DNA of 55,298 bases, the filler included, from Sphacelaria rigidula (Eukaryota): the NCBI GenBank assembly GCA_964200075.2. It is 6 parts of 6 records of this genome, joined end to end, with 100 filler letters (N's around TTAATTAATTAA, not from the genome) between each part and the next. Parts side by side here need not be neighbours in the genome. Positions count along the whole stretch, not along the records: positions 36,935 to 46,066 come from CAXNAA020009219.1; positions 46,167 to 55,298 come from CAXNAA020009220.1; 4 more parts are not named here. One strand, 5' to 3'. Positions 36,959 to 49,885 of this stretch are shown here, one piece after another. The notes under the pieces are model-generated. The model saw only the letters and a program-made list of their open reading frames with translations, did not search any database and was not told the DNA's origin. The translations under genes were made by a program, and so were the position numbers. Every line of letters starts with the position of its first letter. Position 1 is the stretch's first letter.

Positions 36959-37703
36959 CCCTCAGACGGAGACAAAACTAATCATGATCACACCGCGACC
37001 GGCAACACCAACAAGCGAAGCAAAAAAGCGGCAGTAGCAGCCCCTGAAGGGTGGGAAATGGTGGAGCACGCCCTGGTTGCCCCATCCTCGATGCGCTCCA
37101 GGACGAGCGGCAAGCAACACCACCGCCAATTCTCGCGCAATCGACTTCCTCCCGACCCCGCGGCCTTGTTGGAATCAGCGGCGGCGGCAGCGGCGGCGGC
37201 GGCGACCGACTTGAGCGAGCAACGTAGGGGGCACAACAAAACCGCGTCGATTACGTCGTCGGTGGGCTCGCCGGGTATGTTTTCCGCCCTCGTTGCGCTA
37301 CCGCCTCCGGAGGGGTCCAGGAGGGCGGGCGCCCGCAGTATCCGTGCCAAGGGAGGCAGGGACAGGGGCAGTGGCGGTGGCAACGGGAAGGGTAGAGACA
37401 ATCGCTTGATGCTACCGGGTACTGCAAGACAAGGCGGTGGTCATGTTGATCGTGATCGTGACGGCAGCGGTGCGTCATCCTCTCTTATCCTGAGCACGAT
37501 ACAGCCATCGTACTCGGAGGGCTTTTCTACGCTGTCGCCGAGGGGATCGGACGGGTCCATGGGGTCGGCGACTGGAAGCGAGGCGGAAAGAGTCGAGCCT
37601 CCGAGCCCTGGCACCTTGAAGCAGCTGGCAGCGGTGAAGGCCCAGCTTACCGATCTGCTGAGGGCGCTGGCCGTATCGTTTGGTCAGGTTGGCTACTGTC
37701 AAG
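36959..37703 (+). CDS. TBC-domain (Rab-GAP) protein, internal exon
   Basis: Open frame from a TACAG acceptor through low-complexity sequence to QLTDLLRALAVSFGQVGYCQ(G)|GTGCG, which includes the YxQG glutamine finger. Confidence 0.85.
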
Positions 37704-37713
37704 GTGCGTGCGC

Positions 37714-37751
<38 letters not shown>

Positions 37752-38401
37752 CAGAGTGGTGCGGGTCTTGTTCGAAGTGTCCAGTCTATGTGCCTACCCT
37801 CCGTACAGTAGTTTTTTTATTGATCGGTGTGGCCGTTGAAGGTAGGTGGTCTGAGTTTTTCGTAGGGCCATTTTTTTTTTTTTCTATGGGGGAAGAAATC
37901 AAAACTGTCAACGTGCGTGCGTTTGTATGCGTGTGTATGTTTGTGGACACCTCTACCAGGTATCATAGCTTCGGTGTGACCACCTGCATCCCAGCGCGGC
38001 TTATGTTCTCGTTAACAACTTGTCACCACGTTTGCAAAGTGGCGAATATTAACACGCTGATACGTCTAGCACCGACTCGTTTCCCCCCCTCACTCTCTCC
38101 CTCTGTCATCGCGTCGTTGCCTGCTTTTAGTCAGTTTTAGAAATTGTGGGATATGCTGTCGCTGCTTCCCTGCCTGCTTTACACCATAAACAGATCTGTC
38201 CAGTGTTACAGTGTTTCCAGTGAGAGAGCCACACCGTTCCGGGAGCTTCTTGTACACATTTGTGAATCCATTTTTGCCCTCACATATGCCGGAGGAACAT
38301 CAAAATGATGTCGAGGTCACTCTTTAAACTTGTGGGCTATGCTGCTCGAGAAACCTGGAGCGATACCCCTCGCATGTTTTGTTTCTCTTTGCGACACAAA
38401 G

Positions 38402-38631
38402 GGCTCGATTACGTGGCGGCGCACCTGATCAAGTGCCTGGGCACCGACAGTGACCGCAGCTTCGCGTCCGATCCTGAGAGGGTGTTCACAGTGCTCCTCG
38501 GTTTGTTCCGTGGTTACGGGCTGCAGTACCTGTACAGCGAGGATCTTGCGGCTCTGCAGCTGATGCTGAGGGTGCTGGACGAGCTGATCGAGACTCATTT
38601 GCCCCGGCTTCACAAGCACTTCCAAGAGCAG
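38402..38631 (+). CDS. TBC-domain protein exon
   Basis: Phase-1 join gives YCQGLDYVAAHL...LDELIETHLPRLHKHFQEQ|GTTGAG. Confidence 0.92.
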
Positions 38632-38976
38632 GTTGAGATTTTTGCTGGTAGCTGTATGGCTGCGCATGTGTTTCGTTATATGGGGCTCAATTGAACAAAA
38701 TCATTATTGTGAGCAGCTGAACAGGTGATTCTGCGGCAGATGTTATCGAGCACGGGTGTGTGTGTTGGCGGCTCCCCTCTTTTTGTATTGCTCGTGAACG
38801 AAACCAAGGGCATGCTACATCTGATGATTTTTTCAAGCTTCCGAGTGGAGTATTTTCATTTGTGTGTTCATTTCCCGTGGCGCATTCATGCATGTGCGTA
38901 CTTTTTTTTAGTCAAGATCATGTCAGGACTATGATTTTCATATTTGTCTGTCCGACCCTCCCCTTCCCCCCCTCCG

Positions 38977-39012
<36 letters not shown>

Positions 39013-39202
39013 TTTTTTTGTTTTTTTTGGGTGGGTTGTTTCAGTCTTTTTTTTTTTTTTCTTCTCTCCTGCTTTTTGAGGACCTCNNNNNNNNNNTTTT
39101 TTTTTGGCTCGGTGTTTTTTTTGTTTTTTTTTGTCTTTTTTGCCGGGCCGTCCCTCCCTTTCCCCCCTTCTTTTTTTTTTTTTTTTTTTTCCTTGTGTGC
39201 AG

Positions 39203-39325
39203 GACGTGGCTGTGGCGTTCTTCGCGGTGGGGTGGTTCCAGACTCTATTTTTGTACACGTCTCGCATGCCATCGGAGACCCTCATGTGGCTGTGGGACGT
39301 CTGGGTAACCGAGCGGTCCTTCAAG
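39203..39325 (+). CDS. TBC-domain protein exon
   Basis: TGCAG|DVAVAFFAVGWFQTLFLYTSRMPSETLMWLWDVWVTERSFK|GTTAGT; WFxTLF and LWD motifs. Confidence 0.93.
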
Positions 39326-40475
39326 GTTAGTCTTCCGAGTCGCCTTACGGTAGGGGCGCCTAATTTTGAGGATCTCGGGCCTACTTGGAAGATCCCGGAC
39401 TAATTTGCGAGATTCCGAGCTAATTTGCTGACGCTCGCGCTGAGTTTTGGACTATCCCGGGCCATTTTGAAATATTCCTGTATAACTGGTCATGAAAATA
39501 ACATTCCTTCCCCCCCCATTGTGTTTGAGGCGGGGATGAAGCGATCCCATCCACGGGTGAGGACAAACGGGGGGCCGCAGAAGAATACTTGACTATTTAC
39601 ATGTTCTATCGATACGTTCATATGTTGATACGCATCCCCGTTCGTGTGTAACGCGCCATATCGGTACGTGCCACCCCATGTGATCATGTTCTTGGGTGAG
39701 AAGAGCATTGAATCCCCGTTTTTCTGTTTTTTGCTTCATAGTTCCATTATTTTAAGACTATTTTTACATCATTCAAAAGTATTGCCATTCGCACGCTACA
39801 GGCCAAAACGATGGATACCACCCCCAGATTGACGGTAGAAAACATCGGCCGGGGGACGGCTATTTTCTCTTCCCCTGCACCACCATGTGTCCCCCGTCCA
39901 AATCGAAGCTAACCAGCATTGTGTGTACATTATGATGCGTCATTTATCATTTTTTGAGCTCTTCCTGAGTTTGCCTATTTGTTGAACTTGGGGGGAAAAT
40001 CGAATCGTGACGTTAAACGATTGCGGATTGGCCCCTAGGCTATTAATAGATCCTGGGCTCATTTGACTGATCTCCAAGCTAGTTTAGAAGAACGTCCGGC
40101 TACTTTCGAAGATCCCTGCGTTTATTTGAAACATCCGGGGTGTGTGAAAGCGCTGTCGGTTTTGATGCATGCATGCAGTCGAAGCGGTGGGGCTCCAACC
40201 CGGATGCAGGCTGTCTATCTTCCCCTATGTTTCCGTGGGCTCTTTTTCTTGTCTTTCCCTTTCGCGAGTGCTCGCGTTTTCTTTCTTTGAGCACGTGACC
40301 GCCTACCCGGAGCACCGGGGCTAGAGTCGTCGCGAATCAGTTACCCTGATGTGCGACTCTCAATCAACCAATCAGTTGATCGAACAACGCGGGGGGTGAG
40401 GGTGATGAACTGTGTGTTTCTACGGGCGCGTATCTGCACATAGTGGAGGTGTGAATTACCCCACTTCCATATATT

Positions 40476-40537
40476 CTTCTTCTTCTTCTTCTTCTTCTTC
40501 TTCTTCTTCTTCTTCTTCTTCTTCTTCTTCTTCTTCC
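40476..40537. repeat. (TTC)n microsatellite, intronic
   Basis: About 20 perfect TTC units. Confidence 0.95.
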
Positions 40538-41047
40538 GATCTTTATCGCAAAAAATCACGCGGGAAATCGCTCTAGATTGTAGTATACCTGGTGTTGTTG
40601 AAAACCCCGACTTTTTCCACTGCCAGTGCCACGAGACTTATCATTTTCCTCGTTGAGTTGATACAATGAAATTTCCTCGAACATTCTGTGCGTATGTATT
40701 TATTTTCAGTCGATAACCCGTGGTACGTTAAAGTACTCTGTTTCCTCCGTGGTTGATTGCCTCGGTACATTGGAATGCGCAGTATGTCCCCTCATCGTGT
40801 TCATGGAGCCCTTTCGTCCATGCGGTGAACAGCCGGCCCCTTTTTTTCACTTCTCGTCTCCCCTTGTGTTTTGTCTTTCTCTTTTTCTCCCTCTCGCTCT
40901 TGAGATATTTTGTTGTCATCACCTCCTTTTTTGTTTATCGTTTTCCGCCCCTTCTTCTTGTTTGTTCCCCTTTCAATTTACTTGACTTTGTCCTCATTCT
41001 TTTCTTCTGTTTGTCCGTTCTTTTTTTTTCTTCTTTTCAATGTGCAG

Positions 41048-41200
41048 GTATTTTTCCGTGCTTCGTTGGCCATACTGCAGCTATCAGAACCCCGCCTCCT
41101 GGAGCTAGACATGGAGTCCATCTTGCTGTTCCTAAGTCGATTCCCTCAAGATGGGATACTTGACAAGGAGACGCTCGTGCCGACGGCGCTGGCCATCAAG
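41048..41200 (+). CDS. TBC-domain protein exon
   Basis: TGCAG|VFFRASLAILQLSEPRLLELDMESILLFLSRFPQDGILDKETLVPTALAIK|GTGCG; 51 codons. Confidence 0.92.
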
Positions 41201-41729
41201 GTGCGCCGCATGTCTGCCGCTTGTCTAATGATATAGGGTGAAGATTGAAAGCACGCCTGAATTTGTTTTTGATGTGTGGGGAATAATTACACACAACGCT
41301 TTCGGTATTTGCGTCCCGACATTTTCGGGTACTGTAGTGCGGGCGGTAATGTTGATCTTGCGGTGGGTTGCTCAAAACAAATCAGTTGGGTGGATGAAAG
41401 AATGCAAACAGGCAGTTGTTTGTCCTCGTGTGCGTTGATTTCATTTGATCGTTTTGTTACACACCAACTGATTCTCGACGGATCCAGCCGCGGTTACGAG
41501 CTAGACGTCCCGCGGTCAAACAAGACGGACACGCCATGTATGGAGGTACTATCAAAGCGGACATTCTTCAAAAGTAGTAATCATTGGCGATTGTTGGGAC
41601 AAAAGAATAACCAAATGTTCCACCCCCGTTCCCATTTTGTTAATCGTGTGTGTGCGCGCGTGTTTGTTTCGTTTTTGCACGAATCGTGTATAAAACACGT
41701 GCTTCTTATGATGGTGAAAAAACAAAAAG

Positions 41730-42836
41730 ATTACTGATTCCAAGCTCCGAGAAGCGCAACGGAAGCTTGACGAAGCCAAAAACCCCGCCGCTTCCGGCCT
41801 CGGATGGTCGCGCCCCACTAGGGACGACTGCAACAACAACGGTAACAACAGCAACAACGGTAACAATCTCGAGGATGTTGCCAGATCGCCGAGCATTTCT
41901 TCAAGTATTTCTGTGGCATCCGTGACAGCGACGGCGGCAGCGTGGATGGGAGCCCGGACACACAGTCAAGTTTCCGATGACGGCACGAAAAGCGATGGCG
42001 CGAGAAGGAACTCCGGATTTTCCACCCCGAGCAGCTCATCCGGAGAGGGACGCGGCACTTCCGGCGCGGCTCAGTGGAGCTCCGGCAGTGGCGGTGGCGG
42101 GGACGCGTGCGGGAACAGCGGCAGCACCGGCGGTAGAAGTGGAGGAAGGCCCACCGGCGGCAGCCCTTTGATTTTCGGCGAGCACAGCATGGACGACGCC
42201 AGCATGAGCGGCGGCGGCGGTAGGGTGTCGCCGTCTTTGGCGCCACGACAGTTGAGTGCTGGCGGGACTGCTTTTGCTGCAGGATCCGCACGGGCGACAG
42301 TAGGGAAGGCGGCGGCTGCGGCGGCTGCGGCGGTGGGCACCGTACATGCGAGGACGAACCCCCTGCCGCTGCCCACGGCATCACCGTGGATACCGCCTGA
42401 CGAGGTGGACGGCGGCGATCACCCGCCCGGCCCCATGCAGCGGCCGCTGGCGCGTTCTCGAAGATTGGATGTCGGCGACGGCGATGGTGGTGGTGCGGAC
42501 GACATGCCGGCGGAAATGGAACCCTTGCCGCTGAGCAGAGCCACTAACGATCAGTTTTTCGCCAGCACGAGTGGTTACGGGAGTTTCAGGAGTAGTGTGG
42601 CCGGCGGTTTGTCGGGGCAATGTGATACGATTCGAGGAAGGAGAATGTCGTCGGCCTCGTCGAACGCTGGGATGGACGGGGGCGGGAGAGGAGTTTGTAG
42701 TGGTGGTGGTGGTGGTGGTGGTGATGGTGGTGGGTGTGGTGATGATGATGGAGAGCATGCTGCTTCCAAGACGTCCCCACCCGGGAAACTGGGAGGGAAG
42801 GAGGAGTATGCCCTTGTCGCTGTGGGGGACGAGTAA
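41730..42836 (+). CDS. TBC-domain protein terminal exon (Gly/Ser-rich disordered tail)
   Basis: AAAG|ITDSKLREAQRKLDE... in frame with ORF 41913-42836, ending at TAA. Confidence 0.8.
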   Translation: MTDSKLREAQRKLDEAKNPAASGLGWSRPTRDDCNNNGNNSNNGNNLEDVARSPSISSSISVASVTATAAAWMGARTHSQVSDDGTKSDGARRNSGFSTPSSSSGEGRGTSGAAQWSSGSGGGGDACGNSGSTGGRSGGRPTGGSPLIFGEHSMDDASMSGGGGRVSPSLAPRQLSAGGTAFAAGSARATVGKAAAAAAAAVGTVHARTNPLPLPTASPWIPPDEVDGGDHPPGPMQRPLARSRRLDVGDGDGGGADDMPAEMEPLPLSRATNDQFFASTSGYGSFRSSVAGGLSGQCDTIRGRRMSSASSNAGMDGGGRGVCSGGGGGGGDGGGCGDDDGEHAASKTSPPGKLGGKEEYALVAVGDE

Positions 42837-44998
42837 ATATAAGCGATCGATGGGCGGCGGCAGCGGCAGCCGTAGCAACGGCATATTTGGAATTTGTGTA
42901 AAAGTGCGGAGATCTCGGTGCGTGCCTCTTGTTACATTTTATCCTCCTCTCTCGTTTTCTTCGTGTTTTGCGCTGGTTTCTTGGCGTCATGATTCTCTCC
43001 GTGCGAACCGGAGGGGGGGGGCGGGGGGGGGGGGTGTTGTTGGTATTGGAAGGGTAGTTGTACCGTTTAACGGAGGTGCACATAAGCGAGGTAGTGCGCT
43101 CTTGATGGCCTGCGAGGTAGGGACGAGTAAGGCTGTATCACGACTCCGCCAAATACCTCCTTCACGAGACTGATTTGAACCCTGGTTCGTTTCAGTACTC
43201 CCGCACTGTCTCTCACCCTCGTGAGAAATGAAGGCATGGTTGGTCATGGGTTTCTGTGTATGGTAGTCGATGTTCTTGGGGGTATGATTGACCAGATGCT
43301 GCAACAAGCCGTACGCATAGGTCTCCTCTCCGGTGCCCGTTTAGTGTTCCACGTATATATATATATATATATATACATATAATAGGTGTCAACAGTGTAG
43401 AGGAAGAATGAGTGTGGCCTTGAGTTTATTAAAGTCCGTCTTACGATATTACGTTACGTCGTATTCCGACAACAGTTGCCCCCGCCCGATGTTTGAAAAC
43501 AATGGAGTCCAGTTACAGCCTCTATTTTTTTCTTTGTCCAAAAGAGTGAGAGTTGTGTTGAGGCGCATTGGGGTTCATCAACATTCATTGCTTTCGGAAT
43601 GTTGCTTTTGTACCTTTTTCCACGTTTCGAGTGGATCTCGTGTCTACCTCGTATTTTTTTTGTGCATGTGTTCGTTTTTAGTGTGTGTGGTATCGTTGTC
43701 AGTATCTTTTCCGTGGCTGTTGAGGAGTGGTGGTGGTGGTGGTGGTGGTGGTGGTGGTCGTGGTAGGGGGGGAGGCAACAGAAGGTATATTGACCGAACC
43801 GAGTCAGTTTCGCTACTTTAGTCTGAAGTGAACACATGGGTGGTGTAGGAGCTCACAGGAGAAAAGATTTCCCGCATTTTATTTTCAGGGATCCACGTCG
43901 TGCACCTGACCTGCGGTCATAGCGTGCTGTTTCGACCGTTTCCTTGTTTATTTCCCCCGCAGCATTTGCTTTTGTTATGTAAAGTTTTGCGATTGTATCG
44001 TCTCCGCACCCTGGACAGTAGATTATATTTTCAAAAAGTGTACGGCGTACAGTATCGACTATTCCGTCTGTTGCATCAGATAATAGAGTCCATACTGAGT
44101 GAAAGCAGTACAATTTTTGACAGTGTAGTCTATTGTCATTTTCCAGGATGCGATCATCTCGCGCTTTTTCCTTGACAACATGTTTTGCGTAGTGTATCAA
44201 TCTCTCCGTTGTTACGCTGAACATGAATGAGACGCATGCGCCCTCAAAGTTGGCAGGTGACATGTGAGGCCTGTACCAGCTTGCATAGCTTCTACTTTTT
44301 TTGTTTTTGATGTTTTATTTTCCGGCAGTGGGTACTAGGGGGAAGGAGGGGGTTGTCCTCGCGAGACCATATCTGAACCCTGGTTCATTTCGCTACTATC
44401 ATCCTTAAACCCTCAGCCTGTCAAGGGGTAGCTTGTTGTTTGTTTGTAATCTGTTGGTGAGTATGTGTGTATGTTTATATCTTGATTGTGCAATGTACTG
44501 TGTTTGTTAGCCGTAACCTTCCGATGCTCACGCCCTTGAGAAAAAAAAGATGTAAACAAGTGCGCGTATCATGTATGAACGAATACGGGAAGGAGACGAG
44601 GTGACAGATGAAAAAAATTTGCTGCTCTTCCTTGTTATCTCGAGGAATGGGTTTTAGTACACTAGAGCAAGAGGTGGTTTGAGGTCGTGGAACAATGAGG
44701 GGGAGGTGATGTGGTTGTAATATCCGGTATGGTAACCGACGGGTACTCACGGATACTAGGGTATTCCGATCTTCCGAGGTCATGGTACTGTGCGCCCACC
44801 ACAACATTTCTGTAGTGCGATGTATTGTCATCACCACTTCTTCTGCAGCCATGAATAGGGCTGTAAGAACGGTCGTGTTGTTGTGTTGTGTGTAGGCTTT
44901 TTACAGGTGACCCTTCTTTGATGATTTTTTTGTCGTGCTGTCCTTGCATACGAAAGAGTCATGCTCGGAATAGACCGGCACTCGAGCCGCTTTTGCAC

Positions 44999-45045
<47 letters not shown>
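44999..45045. repeat. (CAG)n microsatellite
   Basis: About 15 GCA/CAG units downstream of the TBC stop. Confidence 0.9.
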
Positions 45046-45047
<2 letters not shown>

Positions 45048-46066
45048 GAATTCACCCTCCCAGTCACCGTAAAGTACAGAGTCGTTTGTACCCGTATGGC
45101 ATGCCCGCTTCTCTCTCTCCCCCTGCGGGATAGCCGAGCCACTCGCTTGTGGACTCTGTAACCGTTGTGTTGTGCCCCACCCGAAATAGTCATTTAGTTA
45201 GTTGCCCCTTTCCCCCCGCCGTCTGCACGATTCCAAACACACTCCACACGGTATTTGGCTCATCCTGTGTTATATACCATAGACCTTTTCATCTAGTTTT
45301 CACCTGCTACGTGATGATGGCTTTTTTTTAGTCATGTCCGAGCTGCAGCGCGCACACGCCAGTTATAGGGAGCATTTGAATCTCAATCCGTTTTACTCCT
45401 CTTGTATGTACCCTTTTTCCTGTAAAGGGTACCATGTACCAGTAGAAATTGATGGGGCCGTGGCGGGTGGAGGGGGAATGCGGGTAAGGTGCTGGACGTT
45501 CGGACATGTGGTAGAGGCTGATTTCCCGTTTGAACGTTGTTTTGTGTTCTTCTCAGGTTTTCATGAAATGCTTCCCCCCGACAGTTTGTAGCTCTTCTTT
45601 TACCAGTATCCGGTAAGAAATGGAAAATAACGTGTATGACTAGAAGTTCTGCGCGAAGAGGAGGGGGGGGGGGGATGTGATTCTTGTGATTGTGTGTGCG
45701 CCCGTGCTTTACATGTTTTCGTCGTGACTTTTGTTTTTTTATTCTCGACGACTGTATTTTATGTTACGTATCACAGCAGCAGCAGCAGCAGCAGTCGGCT
45801 CGTCGTGTCCTCAAATCACCCACGTCTGCTTGGTGTGATGTGATTGGATGCGGCGGGACGGGTGCTCGATGTTCTGTTTTTTGGTCAAAGTTTTGTGTAT
45901 TCGAAGCTACAGTTCCCAGCACTATGCACTGCTTTTACAAATGTGTCGCCGTGCAAGAACATGACTGCGTCCGTAAGAGCATTTATCCCCCCCCCCCCCC
46001 CCCCCCCCCTTCTCTTTTTTTTTTTTTTTTTTTAACTAGGAATCTGTTTTTTTTTTCGCGTCGTGG

Positions 46067-46166
46067 NNNNNNNNNNNNNNNNNNNNNNNNNNNNNNNNNN
46101 NNNNNNNNNNTTAATTAATTAANNNNNNNNNNNNNNNNNNNNNNNNNNNNNNNNNNNNNNNNNNNN
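46067..46166. other. Artificial contig spacer
   Basis: 44 N + TTAATTAATTAA + 44 N. Confidence 0.97.
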
Positions 46167-46399
46167 ACTCATGGTTCAAGACTTGAGCCAAAGAAAATCG
46201 GATGGGCGACGACTAAATCGAGGAGATGTCACCACTGCAACATATATCAACCCCCCCCCCCCCCACAGAAAACAAGAGCGTTCGCCACGCTCGCACAGTG
46301 AAAGCCTCCACAACTAAACAATTCTGCATCAGGTCTGGATATGGTGGAGAATTTATCCAAAAAACTTCACGTCACTTCACTCAGGTGGTCAATGGAGCG

Positions 46400-47500
46400 A
46401 CGTGTTCAAAGCATGTAAATCTTGGAGGAAATCAACCTCTGCCATATTTCCAACAGTTGTTGAGAGCAGGTGATGAGCGCTACGGACGGTCTCATGTGTT
46501 ATGTATTGGCTTCAAATCGTGAGTTTCTACTGCTTCGGAAGACTTCCTGTACCCTGATAGTCATTGGGGCTCCATCACAAGTCGTTGTACACCATTTCAG
46601 TCAGGCGGGGAATCGAACGGCTTGATTGGAGCTCAAAATCTTTGAAGAATCTAGACCTTGTCACATTTTCATAGTGTTTCAGGGCAGGTAATGGTTGAAC
46701 AGACTGCAGCTCCGCGTAGTTGCTGCAAAGCGTACGTCTCTGCAACGTTGAAGGACGTCATGTACAGTGATATTCATGAGGGCGCCCTATCGCAAGCAGT
46801 CTCCTGCTGTTTCAATCAGTTGCTCGTTAGAACGGCGTGATTAGAGAGCTCGAAATCTCAGCAGAATGCGAGCCTTGGCCACATCTTCAGGTGCGTCGAG
46901 ACTAGTGATGGCGCTACAGACTGTAACGAAAAATATAGGCTTCAAAACGTCAAGGTCTATACACCTTTGAAGGGCATCATGTACTCCCATCATCATCAGG
47001 GGTCTGTTGCGAAAAGACTTGCATAACTTCGTCCATACGTCAACTGATACGACGCGATGAAACATCGCAAGTTCTCCCTGGAGAAAAAAATTCAACATTG
47101 GTGAATGGTACCTGTCGTGCACAGACTGTCCGCGGTTACATTTACCAACCGCAATCTTCAACCGACGCATGCCTCCTCAGATCAAAAGGACTCCATGTAC
47201 TCGGAGGGGGATAATCAGATATATGTTGAAAAAGAGTTGGGATTCAGTCAATCAAGGGGAGGGATGGGACAGCGCAGTTGATGCTCAAAATCTTCGAGAA
47301 CCTCTGTCGATAACGTCCTCAGAGGTTTAACGGCTACTATTTATTTACTTAGCTTTCGTGCTAATCTCGCCGACTCTCAGCTGGTTGTACCCACTCGGAA
47401 CACTGTAAGATTACTGTTGCCACAGGCAAGTCTGTGCAACATGTTCAAGTTCTCCGTGAAGCCCCTAGTTCGCACGTATCGTCATGTGCACGGGCAAGGC
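46400..47500 (-). pseudogene. Decayed ORF built from ~72-aa tandem repeats, family unknown
   Basis: Anchor motif C(A/C)TGTAC at 46546, 46759, 46978 and 47194 (spacings 213, 219, 216); peptides GVHDALQRC, TVHDVLQRC and RVQEVFRSS; stops and frameshifts. Confidence 0.55.
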
Positions 47501-48005
47501 AATTGGGACAGGTGGTCAACGGCAACTTCACCTGACGTAGTTACTTAGTTCAGGTTCAGCAGTCCTACCTCCCATCGTTCATGGCACACCAGCCGTTGAG
47601 CGCAAACAGTTGCTGGTGATCTCCTACGTTCAGTTGTGAAGCGATTTGACACCATCGCGTTTGGTCAACGCAACTTCCAGTCGTCCCTGCAAAACCGTAC
47701 CCCGGGTGGAAAATTACAAACTTCCTTGAATGGGGGGCGGACGGTTCACTTTTCACTCCTTGAAATTTCCACATCGATCGTTCGTGTGGTTTGGACCTGG
47801 AACCGAGCCAAACTTTGTATATGACGTAGCCTAAATGAATGGGGCTAACCGTACTTGTATACATCATCAATGTCACAGCGGCAAACTCCCTTTACGACCA
47901 TTACGACCATGAACACTCTGCCGAGACTCGTTATCGGGGGGGGACAGGGGGGGGGCTGTGATTCGAAACCTGGTTCGTTTCACGAAGATACTGTTGTACC
48001 TTGGG

Positions 48006-49173
48006 CCATTTCTTACGGTTCGTATTTTCCCCTGGTATTTTGCAAGTTACGAGGAAAAAATACAAGAACGCTTCTTACGGTTGGTATTTTCACATTTTTC
48101 CCGGCAAAAAAAATACAAGACGAGGAAAATTTCACGAGATGAGCTCTCCTGGCTCGTGTTTAAAACAAAAGATAAGCCGAGATCGACTTCTATTTTTCTC
48201 TCGTATTTTGCATCCGAGACGCGGTGAGACTGGCAATGCCCGCCAGCACTGAAGATGTTTGTGCCCTCATTTGTCATCTGCGGGGCTCTCCTGACAGCAA
48301 TGTCGAACATCCCCAGCGCTGTTTACACACTAGACCAGATTTTGCTTCGCCATCCCAGCGCACGCGAGATGTCGTCAGGGGTTGATTATTTGTTGGCATC
48401 GACCGTCCGTGCTCTCCAAAATCTGCGGCACAAACAGTACAGTACTGTCTGTGCTGCCGAATGCAGTGAGTTGTGGGTATCACTTTACACACAACAGTCG
48501 TACACAGCGGTTGTCGTGAAAACAATGTGGACAACGTAAGAGATGTGGACAACGTGCGATACAGACAACACCAGGCAGTACTGTACTATCAGTACTGCCG
48601 CATTCGATAGTAGGATGCAGGTGTCAGCTTGCACTCAACGGCTGCTGAAAATGACCCGAACAACGTGCAGTGGAGACAGTACTAAGCAGGGCAGTACTGT
48701 CAGTACCACCGCATACGGCAGTATGAGATGCAGAGATCAGTTTGCAGAAAATAGTATACCATGGCTGCCCTAAGATTGACGTGGAGAAGTGCAGTACCGT
48801 GTGGTACGAGACAGTATAGTACTGTGTGCTGCCGCATACGGCGGTATAGGATGAAGATCTTAGTTTGCACACAGTACAAGCTGGGCCAGCAGCGATCGGG
48901 GGAGGTCTATGTTGCACGTCTTCTTACACCAACACGGGAAGCTTGGCATGGCGAAGTCTTTAGGTCTTTGTACCCCGCCTTGGCGTGCACACCCCTTTGA
49001 ATTCCGCTGACCGTACTTTTGGTACCTCCCCGCTCTTTCGGTACCCCACGCCCTCAAAAATGTATCTAGAACAGTAAGATAGGATCAAGATTTCTGATTG
49101 TATTTTCCTATCGGTAGTTTTTCCTCGTGCGTTTTTGCAAAATAACAGGGGAAATACAAACCGTAAGAAACGG
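48006..49173. mobile_element. Probable TIR element (~1.17 kb) with internal CAGTAC/AGTACTG repeats
   Basis: TTTCTTACGGTTCGTATTTTCCCCTGGTATTTTGCAA vs TTGCAAAATAACAGGGGAAATACAAACCGTAAGAAA. The two ends could also belong to separate copies. Confidence 0.55.
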
Positions 49174-49885
49174 TCTTTACCCTTACATAGGTCGCTTCTG
49201 ACAGACTGAAAAAAGTCACAGAAAAGTCGTTTTGGTCAGTTTCCAGAGGCTTCTTCACCGGCAGCGTTACCACTATGAAATGGCACACTGTCGCCCGGAC
49301 TGGTTGTATTGACTGCTCGTATCGTTTTATACTCGTCGTGCCCGCCACCGATTGAGAACTCTTTGGCATTTTGTGTACCAAGACTGTTGCTATGTCCCTT
49401 GACTTTGAGGTGTGCGGTATGGCACAAACCGTACTGCTCCACCCAGCTTCCGACACTACTTCAATGTACCAAGCGGCGGTCGGTTGAAGCAAGGGTTGAT
49501 ACGCCTGTCGTTTCGATCTCTATTATACCACCAGTAGCTATTGTTTGTGTGTATTGTGTGTGCTGTGTTGCCATCCCATGTGTCCTGTACGTGGGGGAGA
49601 TTACGTGTAGTTTACCACAGGTGGCACAAGCACAAGCAAACAAATGATGACCACTACCACCATCTGCACGCAGGCTAGATGGTGGCCTTGGGTGTACAAC
49701 CCGCCGGGGTTTTTCATACGACTATAAGGTGGGACTTCGAAAACTGACTTTTCTGAAAAACGTCACTAAGAAAAGTCGTCCGCCCGAACTTCTTCAATGA
49801 TTGTTTTCAGTCTAGGAGAAGCGGCCATATCCCGAACGTGTGGGGGGAACGTGGAAAATATGCTGGGCGCAACACGGGCCAAAAC

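Noticed and set aside
38760..39330. Poly-Phe and poly-Lys ORFs
   Set aside because: Low-quality poly-T intronic tract with Ns; only 39203-39325 is exonic.
41456..41545. Extra TBC exon VTHQLILDG..PCME
   Set aside because: No AG acceptor at the required position; the 41730 exon already continues the domain in frame.
32618..42836. Shikimate kinase and TBC gene as a linked cluster or fusion
   Set aside because: They lie on different contigs separated by the artificial spacer at 36835-36934.
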